A DNA stretch of 64,000 nt, taken from NCBI GenBank assembly GCA_963665235.2, contig CAXXLX010000001.1:3040001-3104000 (forward strand), in the 5' to 3' direction. Made by a program: the position numbers and the translations under genes. The stretch is from Candidatus Poribacteria bacterium (lineage in GTDB: Bacteria > Poribacteria > WGA-4E > WGA-3G). Shown here one piece after another: positions 36,732 to 47,216 of the stretch (positions are counted from its first letter, which is position 1; the number at the start of each line of letters is the position of its first letter). Below the pieces are notes generated by a model. That model saw nothing but the letters and a program-made list of their open reading frames with translations. It ran no database searches and was not told the origin of the DNA.

Positions 36732-37316
36732 TTAGGCTGTCTCCTTTTCGAGTTGACAAGTTTTTAGCGGGGTATAGACAGCGCCCGTAGGATGCATCTC
36801 ACTTCTGATGAGTGCAATTTCGTTGACTGTGAAAGACCCCCTATCAAGGATTTCGTACTGTTTAAATGAATCGGTAAAAGGTTTCAAATTTATACGGTTT
36901 TTTAGACGTGCTAACGTTAAGTGTGGATGAAATCGTGTATCTGCTGGGTATTCCAGTTTAGCGAGTCCCTTGTTAACCGTTTCTGCCAATGTTGACACTG
37001 CTGACGCGCCATGTTTTAGTCCTATCCATAGCACACGAGGGCGCGTCAAATTTGGGAATGTCCCGATACCCCCAATTTCAACAGGAAAAGGCGTGCGAGT
37101 TGCGGCAACACGTTGAAGGGCGGCACCAATTTTCGGAACCCGCTGCTTTTCTATATCCCCTATGAATTTCAAGGTGAGGTGGAAGTTCCCATGTCGCACC
37201 CAGGATGCCTTGCCGATTTTCGGACGGAACGCGTCCTGCACCGTTGTGAGTAAATTTTGAATCGGGTCCGGTATCTCAATAGCAACGAAACATCGTATCG
37301 TATCCGCACGCATCAC
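36732..37316 (-). CDS. thpR: RNA 2',3'-cyclic phosphodiesterase
   Basis: two HxT motifs ([14 protein letters not shown]); usual position next to recA. Confidence 0.92.
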   Translation of the reverse strand: MMRADTIRCFVAIEIPDPIQNLLTTVQDAFRPKIGKASWVRHGNFHLTLKFIGDIEKQRVPKIGAALQRVAATRTPFPVEIGGIGTFPNLTRPRVLWIGLKHGASAVSTLAETVNKGLAKLEYPADTRFHPHLTLARLKNRINLKPFTDSFKQYEILDRGSFTVNEIALIRSEMHPTGAVYTPLKTCQLEKETA

Positions 37317-37333
37317 GTCTGGCTCCTGACACC

Positions 37334-37945
37334 CTAAGATTTTGAAGGTTGTACCAAATTAAAGACCGCCTCGCGGTTTCTGAACACAAATTCTGACCCG
37401 GAGACCACTGTTAACACTAGGGGAAGATACATCATAAAATAAATTGGGCCGTGATGCCGTATAACCCGTTCTGAATCGTTTGGGAAAAGGGCAAGCAACC
37501 CTAAACTAATTAAAATCACGATGAACTGAGAGGCAGTTTTGTATTTTCCCCATCGATTCGCAGCGACAACTTTCCCATTTTTGACGACAAACACGGTTCG
37601 CAATAAGGTAACAACGAACTCCCGTCCTAGGATAACCAATACCATCCACATCGGTATTAAGCCACCTTCAAATCCTAACCCCTCGTCTTTGAAGAGGGTG
37701 AGGCAAATTAACGCGGCACCGACCAACAGCTTATCAACGAAGGAGTCCATGAAAGCACCGAAGTTGGTCGTTCCATATTTCCGCGCGATTCTCCCATCGA
37801 GCGTGTCTGTCAACGCTGCAGCACCGAAAAAAATGTTGGCGAGCATCATTGACTTTGCACGAAAATAGAACGTGAACGGCAGTATCAGCAAAAATCGCAA
37901 AAATGTTAAAAGGTTTGCTAACCGTAAAAGACTACGAAGATTCAT
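37334..37945 (-). CDS. pgsA: CDP-alcohol phosphatidyltransferase (PgsA-like)
   Basis: TDTLDGRIARKYGTTNFGAFMDSFVDK motif; position in the pgsA-thpR-recA cluster. Confidence 0.8.
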   Translation of the reverse strand: MNLRSLLRLANLLTFLRFLLILPFTFYFRAKSMMLANIFFGAAALTDTLDGRIARKYGTTNFGAFMDSFVDKLLVGAALICLTLFKDEGLGFEGGLIPMWMVLVILGREFVVTLLRTVFVVKNGKVVAANRWGKYKTASQFIVILISLGLLALFPNDSERVIRHHGPIYFMMYLPLVLTVVSGSEFVFRNREAVFNLVQPSKS

Positions 37946-37951
37946 AAATTC

Positions 37952-38647
37952 CTAATTATCGGAAACGTCAATCACCTCAGCATCTTCAGGAATAACAAAC
38001 TTGAACACGTCAGGAGGTAGTTTTTTGTCCCGTTCAATTTTGGATAAGGTAACAATGACGCTCCGCTGCTGACCATCTTCAAATTTAGTCGTAGTGCCAA
38101 ATTGCACAGGGAGCCATTCATCTTTTTTGACCCAGATGTATAGTGTTTCCTTCACCGTACTGGTCACCATGTGCGGTTTGAAGGTCAACTGAATTTGATA
38201 AACACCTTTCGGATTCGCGGCTTCATCTGGAACAAGTTTCATATTATAGTTTTTTCGTACGTCCTCAAGTGAGGCTCCGATTCCCGGTAAAATCTCCCGC
38301 CGTTTCCGGGCATCCCACTTCATTTTGTTCACCTGCTCCAGGAGGGGTACATAAGACCAAGCATATTTGCCATCCAAAACGATGACTTTTTCAACCTTGC
38401 TGCGGTCTTTGCGGGCCACGTACTCTTTACGGAGTAGGTTCGGTTTGCCAAATGTAAACCGCCCGCGAGCCGTGCTTTTCCCATGCGGAAATAGAGTCGT
38501 TTCCTCGAACTCTGCACTGAAATTCTTAGATTTTTCATAAGCTGCCTTGAAATTCTCAAAAATTTCGTCAACCGTATAGGTAGCACCATCGCTGGCAAAG
38601 CCTATTGACAGGCATATCAAAATTAAACTCCAATAGAGGCGTTTCAC
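37952..38647 (-). CDS. lolA: outer-membrane lipoprotein carrier LolA family protein
   Basis: signal peptide; FSAEFEE..GRFTFGKPNLLRKEY..VLDGKYAWSYVP..FKFVIPEDAEVID; GTG start after AAGGAG. Confidence 0.75.
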   Translation of the reverse strand: MKRLYWSLILICLSIGFASDGATYTVDEIFENFKAAYEKSKNFSAEFEETTLFPHGKSTARGRFTFGKPNLLRKEYVARKDRSKVEKVIVLDGKYAWSYVPLLEQVNKMKWDARKRREILPGIGASLEDVRKNYNMKLVPDEAANPKGVYQIQLTFKPHMVTSTVKETLYIWVKKDEWLPVQFGTTTKFEDGQQRSVIVTLSKIERDKKLPPDVFKFVIPEDAEVIDVSDN

Positions 38648-38725
38648 TGTGTTTCTCCTTTTCGAAAACGAGATGGAAGATTTATTATGTATATAGTATA
38701 GCATTAACTTTTTTATCTGTCAATG

Positions 38726-39175
38726 CTATTTTTTAATTTTTTCGCTGTTGATAATTTTTTCGACCTCTGTTTCCGAAACGTGTAATCGCGACCAGTTTGT
38801 CAGCGCGACCTCTAACTCGTTTGGTGCCTCTAATGCATGTATGACAAGCCGTTCCAAAGTTTCCGCAACCGCTGTCTCTCTAAATATCGCCTCAAACCAT
38901 ATCCCAAATGTTTTGATTGCATCCGAAGATTCAGAAAAAACCCAAAAAATGACACGACAAAAATCGAGACCTTCGTCTACTCGCTTCTCTGAAATCCACA
39001 CCTCTTCAGGAAATCCATGAAAAAATTCTAACAGATTCGCGATTAACACGGGTAATTCCTGATTGAGATAGGAAATTTCCGGATAGATGTCGAAATGAAC
39101 CGCGTATTTGTGAGCATAAAGCCGCCGCGCTGCATCCTCGGTGCGTTCAACGGTTGTTTTTGTGTCAGATAACAA
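38726..39175 (-). CDS. hypothetical protein
   Basis: 149-aa ORF with an AGGAGG RBS. Confidence 0.6.
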   Translation of the reverse strand: MLSDTKTTVERTEDAARRLYAHKYAVHFDIYPEISYLNQELPVLIANLLEFFHGFPEEVWISEKRVDEGLDFCRVIFWVFSESSDAIKTFGIWFEAIFRETAVAETLERLVIHALEAPNELEVALTNWSRLHVSETEVEKIINSEKIKK

Positions 39176-39306
39176 GGGGTACCTCCTTTAAATAGATGGA
39201 CAAAGGCTGCTTGCACATGGTATACTATACTAGAAATGTATTACAAATTGATGCCCGAGGTGCTAGGCACTGTGGGCGCGTCTATCAAGAGAGGACAAAT
39301 ATATCT

Positions 39307-42300
39307 ATGGCGGATTCCGAACGGATAACATATCTTAAAAACGAACTAAAAAAACGCATACTACTTCTGGATGGGGCAATGGGGTCGCTGTTACAGACGT
39401 ATCGACTCACGGAGACGGATTTCCGAGGCGACCTATTTGCCAATCATCCGTGTGACCTCAAAGGGTACAATGACCTGCTCTGCTTAACGCAGCCGGATAT
39501 TGTGCATGAAATACACACAAACTATTGTCGCGCGGGTGCCGATATCATCGAAACGAATACCTTTACGAGTACATCTGTTTCAATGGCGGACTATCAACTT
39601 GAAGAGCTAACATATCAGATTAACGCTGCGGCAGCGCGTATTGCGCGGAAAGTGGCCGATGAATGGACATCCCCTGAAAAACCACGTTTCGTCGCGGGGA
39701 GCATCGGCCCTACCAATCGCAGCTGCTCCCTCTCCCCTAACGTAAATGACCCAGGCTATAGAAATATCACCTTCGCACAGTTGGTCTCCGCTTACACAAC
39801 GCAAGCGGAGGGTTTAATCGATGGCGGTGCCGACCTTCTCCTCGTTGAAACCGTTATGGACACCCTTAATTGTAAAGCAGCCCTCTTTGCAATTCAAACC
39901 CTTTCCGAAAAACGCGGTATTGACATACCGATTATTGTCTCCTCTGACAGAAGCGGAGGCGGCGGACGCAACCTTTCAGGACAAACGGTTGAGGCTTTCT
40001 GGAACTCCGTTCGGCATGCAAACCTACTCGCTGTAGGATTAAACTGCGGTTTTGGGGCTCAACAGATTCGTCCCTATCTCGCCGAAATGGCGAAAATCGC
40101 TGATGTCCCGGTTATCTGTTATCCAAATGCAGGGCTGCCTAACGAGCTCGGACAGTACACACAGACTCCAGCAGAAATGGCAGATTGGATACACGAATTC
40201 GCACAAAACGGCTACGTGAATATTGTCGGCGGATGCTGCGGAAGTCAACCCGAACATATCGAAGCCATTGGCAAAGTCGCAGCAGAATATCCACCCCGCC
40301 AGCCTGCACCCCAAAAATCGGCATGCAGACTCAGCGGCTTAGAACCGTTTAACATCACACCCGACTCTCTCTTTGTTAACGTTGGAGAACGTACAAACGT
40401 AACAGGTTCGCGAAAATTTTCAACGCTTATTAAAAAAGGGGACTATGAAACCGCCTTAGAGGTCGCAAGGGACCAAGTGGAAAACGGCGCGCAAGTTATC
40501 GATATTAATATGGACGCGGGTATGTTAGATGCAAAAACTGCAATGGTCAAATTCCTCAACCTTATTGCAGCGGAACCGGACATTAGCCGAGTGCCTATTA
40601 TGTTGGACTCAAGCAAATGGGACGTAATAGAGGCAGGTTTAGCATGTATACAGGGAAAAGGGGTTGTTAACTCTATTAGTTTAAAGGAGGGGGAACAGGA
40701 TTTCTTAGAAAAGGCAAGACTTATCAGACGGTACGGGGCAGCGGTTATCGTGATGGCGTTTGATGAGAAGGGCCAAGCGGACACCTATCAACGGAAAGTG
40801 GAAATATGCAGGCGGGCATATCGTCTTTTAACAGAGACGGTTGCATTCCCACCGGAGGATATCATCTTCGACCCGAATATCTTCGCTATCGCCACAGGTA
40901 TTCCAGAACACAACGAATACGCAAAGGCGTTTATAGCAGCATGTAGCGAGATTAAATCTACTTGCCCACACGCTTTAGTGAGCGGGGGTGTGAGCAATAT
41001 TTCGTTCGCGTTTCAAGGCAACAACACGGTGCGAGAGGCGATGCACGCCGCATTTCTCTATCACGCTATCAATGCTGGAATGGATATGGGTATCGTCAAC
41101 GCCGGACAACTCGCTGTATATGATGACCTGCCTAAACCCCTATTAGAGGCGGTAGAGGATGTCCTGTTTAATCGCACCGAAGATGCAACCGACCGCCTCG
41201 TTAAGCTCGCCAGCACACTGCAAGGCACACGAAAGAAAAAACGCGCTAACAAAGCATGGCGGAAATTACCGGTTGAAAAACGACTCAGCCACGCACTTGT
41301 GGAAGGAATCGTTGAACATATTGAATCGGATACGGAAGAAGCACGGCTCCGGTATGAAAGACCTATACAGGTAATTGAGGGACCTCTGATGGATGGGATG
41401 GACCGGGTCGGTGAACTCTTCGGAGATGGTAAGATGTTCCTCCCGCAGGTCATGAAAAGTGCACAGGTGATGAAAAGGGCTGTTGCACATCTGATTCCCT
41501 ATATTGAAAAGGAGCAGGCTGAAGGGGTCATACAGTGTAGGGGAAAAATTGTTATGGCAACGGTGAAAGGCGACGTTCACGATATCGGTAAAAATATCGT
41601 AGGGGTGGTGTTGGGATGCAACAATTACGACATTATTGACCTCGGGGTGATGGTGTCAGCGGAGGACATTTTGGAAACGGCACGCAAGGAAAACGCGGAT
41701 ATTATCGGTTTGAGCGGGCTCATTACGCCTTCATTAGATGAAATGGTGAACGTCGCTGAAGAGATGGAGCGTGATGGATTCCAAATTCCGCTCCTCATCG
41801 GCGGGGCAACTACCTCAAAGGTGCATACGGCTGTTCAGATTGAACCTGCTTACAGCGGCCCGACGATTCACGTCAAAGATGCCTCACGCAGCGTAGGAGT
41901 CGTCGCCAATCTTATGAGCGATGAAAACCAGGACCGGTTCGTTGAGCAGGCACGCGAAGAATACGCGGACATCAGAGCACGCCGTGAAAAAAATCGCCAA
42001 CAAACCAACTTACTCCCTTATGCTGTTGCCCAACAACGCAAATTTACTCCTGATTGGAAAAATTACCGTCCACCTAAACCGCATAACATAAATATTAAGG
42101 CGTTTGACGATTATCCGTTAGCGGAACTTGTTGATTATATTGATTGGACACCTTTTTTTACCACATGGGGGTTGACAGGAAAATACCCGAATATTCTAAA
42201 AAATCCGGAAATTGGAACAGAAGCGCGGAAACTGCTCACCGATGCCGAAACCTTACTCCAGAGAATCGTCGAACAGAAAAGGTTTCAGGCACGAGCCGTT

Positions 42301-42981
42301 GTGGGAATCTTTCCCGCAAACGCGGTCGGTGAAGGAACAGAAATATATGCTGACGAAGAGAGAACAGAGATTATCGCTACGCTGCATCACCTGCGTCAAC
42401 AGACTGAACAGCCCTTCTCCAGACCTAACCTCAGCCTTGGCGACTTCATCGCACCGAAGTCGACTGGCCTCCCGGACTATATCGGCGCGTTCGCTGTTAC
42501 AACAGGCATCGGGGTCCCCGAACTCTGTGCCGAGTTTGAGAATCAACATGACGATTACAACAGTATTATGGCGAAGGCGTTGGCAGACCGATTGGCGGAG
42601 GCTTTTGCTGAACGGATGCATCAGCATGTCCGCACTACCCTCTGGGGATATGCTACTGACGAAACGTTAGACACTGCTGCCCTGATTGCAGAGAAATACC
42701 GCGGAATACGACCGGCCCCGGGATATCCCGCATGTCCGGACCATACTCAGAAACATGTCCTATTTTCGCTGCTGAACGGTACGGAGAACACAGGCATTTC
42801 TCTCACCGAAAATCTTGCGATGTTCCCTGCAGCGTCTGTAAGTGGGTGGTATTATTCACACCCGGACGCACGCTATTTCAGTATCAGCAGAATCGGTGAG
42901 GACCAGGTTGCTGATTATGCATCGCGTACCGGTATGAACTTGGAAACAGCGAAACGTTGGCTGAAACCCTTGTTGAGCTAG
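39307..42981 (+). CDS. metH: cobalamin-dependent methionine synthase
   Basis: [29 protein letters not shown]12 motif, [12 protein letters not shown]. Confidence 0.98.
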   Translation: MADSERITYLKNELKKRILLLDGAMGSLLQTYRLTETDFRGDLFANHPCDLKGYNDLLCLTQPDIVHEIHTNYCRAGADIIETNTFTSTSVSMADYQLEELTYQINAAAARIARKVADEWTSPEKPRFVAGSIGPTNRSCSLSPNVNDPGYRNITFAQLVSAYTTQAEGLIDGGADLLLVETVMDTLNCKAALFAIQTLSEKRGIDIPIIVSSDRSGGGGRNLSGQTVEAFWNSVRHANLLAVGLNCGFGAQQIRPYLAEMAKIADVPVICYPNAGLPNELGQYTQTPAEMADWIHEFAQNGYVNIVGGCCGSQPEHIEAIGKVAAEYPPRQPAPQKSACRLSGLEPFNITPDSLFVNVGERTNVTGSRKFSTLIKKGDYETALEVARDQVENGAQVIDINMDAGMLDAKTAMVKFLNLIAAEPDISRVPIMLDSSKWDVIEAGLACIQGKGVVNSISLKEGEQDFLEKARLIRRYGAAVIVMAFDEKGQADTYQRKVEICRRAYRLLTETVAFPPEDIIFDPNIFAIATGIPEHNEYAKAFIAACSEIKSTCPHALVSGGVSNISFAFQGNNTVREAMHAAFLYHAINAGMDMGIVNAGQLAVYDDLPKPLLEAVEDVLFNRTEDATDRLVKLASTLQGTRKKKRANKAWRKLPVEKRLSHALVEGIVEHIESDTEEARLRYERPIQVIEGPLMDGMDRVGELFGDGKMFLPQVMKSAQVMKRAVAHLIPYIEKEQAEGVIQCRGKIVMATVKGDVHDIGKNIVGVVLGCNNYDIIDLGVMVSAEDILETARKENADIIGLSGLITPSLDEMVNVAEEMERDGFQIPLLIGGATTSKVHTAVQIEPAYSGPTIHVKDASRSVGVVANLMSDENQDRFVEQAREEYADIRARREKNRQQTNLLPYAVAQQRKFTPDWKNYRPPKPHNINIKAFDDYPLAELVDYIDWTPFFTTWGLTGKYPNILKNPEIGTEARKLLTDAETLLQRIVEQKRFQARAVVGIFPANAVGEGTEIYADEERTEIIATLHHLRQQTEQPFSRPNLSLGDFIAPKSTGLPDYIGAFAVTTGIGVPELCAEFENQHDDYNSIMAKALADRLAEAFAERMHQHVRTTLWGYATDETLDTAALIAEKYRGIRPAPGYPACPDHTQKHVLFSLLNGTENTGISLTENLAMFPAASVSGWYYSHPDARYFSISRIGEDQVADYASRTGMNLETAKRWLKPLLS

Positions 42982-43036
42982 TTGGTTATTGGCGATTAGC
43001 AATTAGCAATTGGCAAGAGATGTTGTGATTCTAATA

Positions 43037-43170
43037 ACTTGAGCTTGATAATAAATGTCCGTGCAATCGACGAGCAATCAATGGTTTCCCTACTACGAGC
43101 CCTTATATTTAGTATTCGGGCAACCAGCCCGCTCCTCATACTAGGGGAAAACTTTTTTTCAAACTCATGT
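43037..43170. mobile_element. MITE, inverted relative of the 58335-58711 element
   Basis: acttgagcttgataataaatgtccgt ... tttttttcaaactcatgt; shares the internal gtattcgggcaa..agcccg hairpin. Confidence 0.65.
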
Positions 43171-43181
43171 ATATATGTATA

Positions 43182-43270
43182 TCCTCTTCAGTAGGAGCGT
43201 GCTGTGCACGCGATATTGCGTCCGTTCCCTTCTGTCCTCTTCAGTAGGAGCGTGCTGTGCACGCGATATT
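43182..43270 (+). repeat. two direct copies of a GTAG-REP (tcctcttcagtaggagcgtgctgtgcacgcgatatt)
   Basis: exact 36-bp duplication; the same REP occurs at 15035. Confidence 0.8.
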
Positions 43271-43402
43271 AAGGAGGGGACGGATTGCCCGAATCCTAGA
43301 AGAGGTCTGTTGAACAACCGGCGAAAAATATGGAGAACTAAATACCTCTGAGGGAGTCGGCAAAAAAATTGCCATGTTTTGTCAAATTGTGTTATACTAA
43401 AA

Positions 43403-43511
43403 TGGCTATTGGCTATTGGCTATTGGCTGTTGGCAAGAGAAAGAGGGCTCTGACGTGCTTCAGATATGTGCTTAGAATCGCAAACCTCTTGCTAATTTGC
43501 TAATTGCCAAT
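43403..43511. repeat. inverted heptamer repeat element
   Basis: (TGGCTAT)3-TGGCTGTTGGCAAGAG ... CTCTTGCTAATT..GCCAAT. Confidence 0.65.
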
Positions 43512-43970
43512 ATGCATAACCAACACGAAACAACTATTACAAAAGAATTGGTAAACATCCTACGACAGATGCGCCACGGCTGGAACATTGAAACGGAGGT
43601 CAAAGCCTTCATCAAAGGCAATAGCGGTCTAGATGCACTCGTAATTGAACGCGGGAGAGAGCCGGTCGGCATTGAAGCAAAATTCGCCACTACCACTAAC
43701 GCCAAAAAACTGCTCGAGCAGGCAGAAACACGGCTTATGTTCGAACTTGAAACTGGATACCAGACCGCCAGCGAAACCCTTGATAACGTTATCGCAATCC
43801 TCTATCCCGACCGCTTTAAAACGGTGCCAGGGCGCGATATTCAGGCAAAACTACGCGCGGCACTTGACATAGACTTGAGACAGAATAGTCCGGTTGTCCA
43901 TCCGCTACTTTTGGTATCGATAGACGCAATTTTCGGTCTATCAAAACGCTTGTCATGCCTGCCCGGTTAG
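43512..43970 (+). pseudogene. truncated N-terminal fragment of a probable PD-(D/E)XK restriction-enzyme-like gene
   Basis: LDALVIERGREPVGIEAK nuclease-like motif; the ORF runs into the convergent HAD gene with a 155-bp overlap. Confidence 0.5.
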
Positions 43971-44553
43971 CACCAATAATATCATTTTGGATAGAATCAC
44001 CGACGAACACAGCCTCTTCAAACAGCACGGCAGCACGTTCACAAGCCGCTTTGAAGATTCCGAATTTCGGTTTCCTGACACCGATTTCACCGGAAATTGT
44101 TAGCGACTGAATCCGTTCACTTAGTCCAAGGTGTCTCACTTTAGACAGTTGACTGTCAGTATGTTCATCATGCGCGCCGTTAGTGATGATACCGACATGA
44201 TATGCTTGTAGCTCTGCAAGTACTGTGACATCTGCGTAAAGGCGTAATCTTGTGAGGTAGCGCGTGCTGAGAAAGTCATTGAGTTCTTCCGTAAATTTAT
44301 CTGGCGGCAAATTGAGTTCTTCGAATAAACATTGGAAACGTAAGTCTCTCACTTCTGCCATGGAGCATTTCCCTGCGTCAAGTTGCTGAAAGAGTTTCCG
44401 ATGAACTGTTGCCCAGGCATTTGTGAGCGTCTCTTCCGAAATATCTGACTTGTATGTACGGAATAGGTGAAAAGTATCTTTTTCTGCAATACGCCATGCT
44501 GTATCGGAATCACAGAGTGTACCATCAAGGTCGAAGAATATTGCCTTAATCAT
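43816..44553 (-). CDS. HAD-superfamily hydrolase (YjjG/NanP-like)
   Basis: FFDLDGTL, ITNG, RKP, VGDSIQNDIIGANRAG. Confidence 0.92.
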   Translation of the reverse strand: MIKAIFFDLDGTLCDSDTAWRIAEKDTFHLFRTYKSDISEETLTNAWATVHRKLFQQLDAGKCSMAEVRDLRFQCLFEELNLPPDKFTEELNDFLSTRYLTRLRLYADVTVLAELQAYHVGIITNGAHDEHTDSQLSKVRHLGLSERIQSLTISGEIGVRKPKFGIFKAACERAAVLFEEAVFVGDSIQNDIIGANRAGMTSVLIDRKLRLSIPKVADGQPDYSVSSLCQVPRVVLPEYRALAPF

Positions 44554-44614
44554 AAGGGGAGAGGGGCAGCGCGGCCACAAACGTTAGGGCCGGCCGGCGC
44601 GTTTACAAGTAGTT

Positions 44615-45700
44615 TTACGGGGTTTTCCCTAATTTTACGGTATAGTGTTGGTCGCGGCCGTCTCTATGGATTTTCAGGCGGATTTCTGTATCTGGCGCAG
44701 TGCCACCGACACACCGCAAAAGTTCACCGTAGGTTTGCACCGGCGCGTTGTTAAATTCAAGGATAATGTCCTCCGGTGAGATACCGACCTTATCTGCGGG
44801 CCCACCCTTTATAACCTGCGTAACGCCGATTCCGAGTTCACTCACTTCAATGTGAACGCCGAGCCAGCCTCGCGTCACCTTTCCATGTTTTATGATTTCA
44901 GTTGCCACAGATTTGACTGTCTCTATCGGGATAGCAAACGTAATATCCTGATTGTTCCGTGGCTGCAGTGACGGATGCCTGAGAAGTTGTACTATGTCGC
45001 CATTTGTGCCTTCGGACAAAATAGAATCAACGAGGGCATCCAACGGGCCAGGTTCGGTAAGGACAGCGAGTATCATTCCAACGATTTCTCCCCCCGTGTT
45101 TACGACTGCCCCGCCACTATTACCAGGCGTAACCGGGGCATTGATTTTGATGAAGTTCTTGCAGAGATGGTCGGGCAAGGTGTCCCAACCGCTGACAATC
45201 CCGAAGGAGACGATAGGACTCTTACCGTAAGAGCTCCCGATTGTGGCAACCCAAGACCCCGTCCCAATTTTTGAGGAATTGCCCTGCTTAACCTGTACAG
45301 AGGGTTTGTGTTCTGTCTGAAGCACAGCCAGCTCCATCAGGTTATCAACGCCAAGTAGCTTGGCAGGTGATACCTTGCCATTACTGAAAATAACTTCAAT
45401 CCTATTGACATCCATATCAAACGTTGTTGTTACCACATGGCCGGCGGTATCAATAACAATTCCGGAGCCAATATTTTGGCGTGTTATTAGCAATTTGTCC
45501 GGTGGCAATTGGGGTGTTGGTATGACCTGTGTCGCTACCACTTTAACGACAGCGGGACGTGCCGCCGTGACGAGCTTTTGAAATTCTTTTTCAAGCAACT
45601 GTAAGATGTTTTCTTTTGCCATACCAGGTAAGACAAAATAGAAAAGCAGACTGAACAGTGCTGTTATTAATAGTATCTGTTTCGATTTTTGTAGACGCAT
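44615..45700 (-). CDS. HtrA/DegP-like trypsin plus PDZ protein, possibly catalytically inactive
   Basis: GSGIVID, PGNSGG, C-terminal PDZ domain; TNxH position reads TTTF and DLA reads ELA. Confidence 0.88.
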   Translation of the reverse strand: MRLQKSKQILLITALFSLLFYFVLPGMAKENILQLLEKEFQKLVTAARPAVVKVVATQVIPTPQLPPDKLLITRQNIGSGIVIDTAGHVVTTTFDMDVNRIEVIFSNGKVSPAKLLGVDNLMELAVLQTEHKPSVQVKQGNSSKIGTGSWVATIGSSYGKSPIVSFGIVSGWDTLPDHLCKNFIKINAPVTPGNSGGAVVNTGGEIVGMILAVLTEPGPLDALVDSILSEGTNGDIVQLLRHPSLQPRNNQDITFAIPIETVKSVATEIIKHGKVTRGWLGVHIEVSELGIGVTQVIKGGPADKVGISPEDIILEFNNAPVQTYGELLRCVGGTAPDTEIRLKIHRDGRDQHYTVKLGKTP

Positions 45701-45721
45701 GTGTTTACCCTCTAAAAAAAA

Positions 45722-46270
45722 TTATAACCCACCACCGGTCAACGTATCGGTGTAGCTGACGCGCTTTAACATATAGTGCTGTTGCGTCGGTTGCGATGCA
45801 AATGCACTGCGACGCGCTAACGGTATTTGAAGCGACAGTGGGTTCCGGGATGTTTCGAGCTGCCCGTCACCCTGTAAACGTGAGTTGATAGCACTTTCCC
45901 CCGTAGGTCGGTGTTCATCGTTGAAAACGCCTCCCTGATACAGGTAAGTACCGGCTGTAATACAAATCAACACCATGACGCTAGCGAATACCCATCTGGG
46001 CCAGCTCAACGTGTATAAGAGACGTTGCCAAAAATTAGGGGGCTCGCGGGACTCTTCGGCGAGCCGTTGTTGTAATGTCGGCATAAAGTGAGGCGAAGGG
46101 TCAATCTGCGGTAACTGCTGTGCTGCCTTCACGGTCTCCTGGAATAGGGTGTACTCCTGCTGACAGTTATCGCATGTCGAGAGGTGTGCCTCAAAACCTT
46201 GTAGGTGTTGATAATCCAGTTCATCTTCAAAATGAGCGGAGAAGTGTTCCGTGGCTTGTAAGCAATTCAT
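45722..46270 (-). CDS. zf-HC2 zinc-binding anti-sigma factor
   Basis: N-terminal C..HLSTCDNC (HxxxCxxC) plus a TM helix. Confidence 0.88.
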   Translation of the reverse strand: MNCLQATEHFSAHFEDELDYQHLQGFEAHLSTCDNCQQEYTLFQETVKAAQQLPQIDPSPHFMPTLQQRLAEESREPPNFWQRLLYTLSWPRWVFASVMVLICITAGTYLYQGGVFNDEHRPTGESAINSRLQGDGQLETSRNPLSLQIPLARRSAFASQPTQQHYMLKRVSYTDTLTGGGL

Positions 46271-46875
46271 AGGGGCTCCATAAAAGATTTTAATTTATCC
46301 TTAAGCATTAATCGGGCTCGGTTGATTCGGGATTTGGTTGTGCCGCTCCGTAGTTCGAGTATCTCACTGATTTCGTCGTAGCTAAATCCTTGGAGATCCC
46401 GAAGTATGAGCGGGACTCTATACTGTTCTGGCAATTCCGCTATCGCAGTATGGATAGCTTTGCGTAATTCTTTGCGTTGTAGTGCAACTTCAGGTTGAAA
46501 AGCGACATCAGCAGGTGCACTTGCGATGCGGTCAATTTGTTCACCTTCCTCATCAAAGCTATCGCTATTATTAACGATATTGTCAACCCGGTATCTGTCG
46601 CGACGACTTCGGTTTCGCAGTTCATTTTTGCACAAGTTTTTCGCAATCTGATACATCCATGTGTTAAAACGAGCTCGCCCCGGTTGGTAGCGGTGCACTG
46701 CTTTAAACACCCGAATGAACGTCTCTTGTGCTAAATCTTCAGCGGCATCCCTATCATCGATATACCGGGCGATGAAATTGATAAGCGGCTGCTGATGGCG
46801 GCGCACTAAGAGCGTAAAAGCACTCTCATCTCCTTTTTGAAAACGTTGTATTAATTCATCGTCTAATTCGGGCAT
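46267..46875 (-). CDS. ECF RNA polymerase sigma factor (RpoE/SigW-like)
   Basis: AEDLAQETF, FNTWMYQIAKN, SYDEISEIL..GTTKSRINRAR. Confidence 0.93.
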   Translation of the reverse strand: MPELDDELIQRFQKGDESAFTLLVRRHQQPLINFIARYIDDRDAAEDLAQETFIRVFKAVHRYQPGRARFNTWMYQIAKNLCKNELRNRSRRDRYRVDNIVNNSDSFDEEGEQIDRIASAPADVAFQPEVALQRKELRKAIHTAIAELPEQYRVPLILRDLQGFSYDEISEILELRSGTTKSRINRARLMLKDKLKSFMEPL

Positions 46876-47011
46876 CAGATTCCTCCAAAGGCACTTTATG
46901 TGTTAATATACACCAAACTGTGGATTCGGTTGCATTTTTTTAATTTTCACATATTTTTTGTTTTGAACGGATAGATGTCGGATGCTAATGGGAAGGTTTT
47001 TGGGATGTTTA

Positions 47012-47097
47012 TTGTCTGAATGCACGTCGCATTTGGGCGAATACGCCGCAAATCGCGGCGTATCGCGGAGAACGCGGAGAACGCGGAGAACGTGGAA
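47012..47097 (-). repeat. inverted copy of the CCGCG/CAGACAA dispersed repeat
   Basis: tgtctgaatgcacgtcgcatttgggcga...(gcggagaac)3 is the reverse complement of the ~452-515 copy. Confidence 0.75.
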
Positions 47098-47216
47098 TTA
47101 AGAAGTTCTTTGTTCCGGATCCGTTTCTTGCGAAAGGAGATGTCTGGGACACAAAATCATTTTCCGTGTTCTCTGTGTTCTCCGTTTTGTGGGCTTTTTA
47201 GAGACCTATTTGCTTC

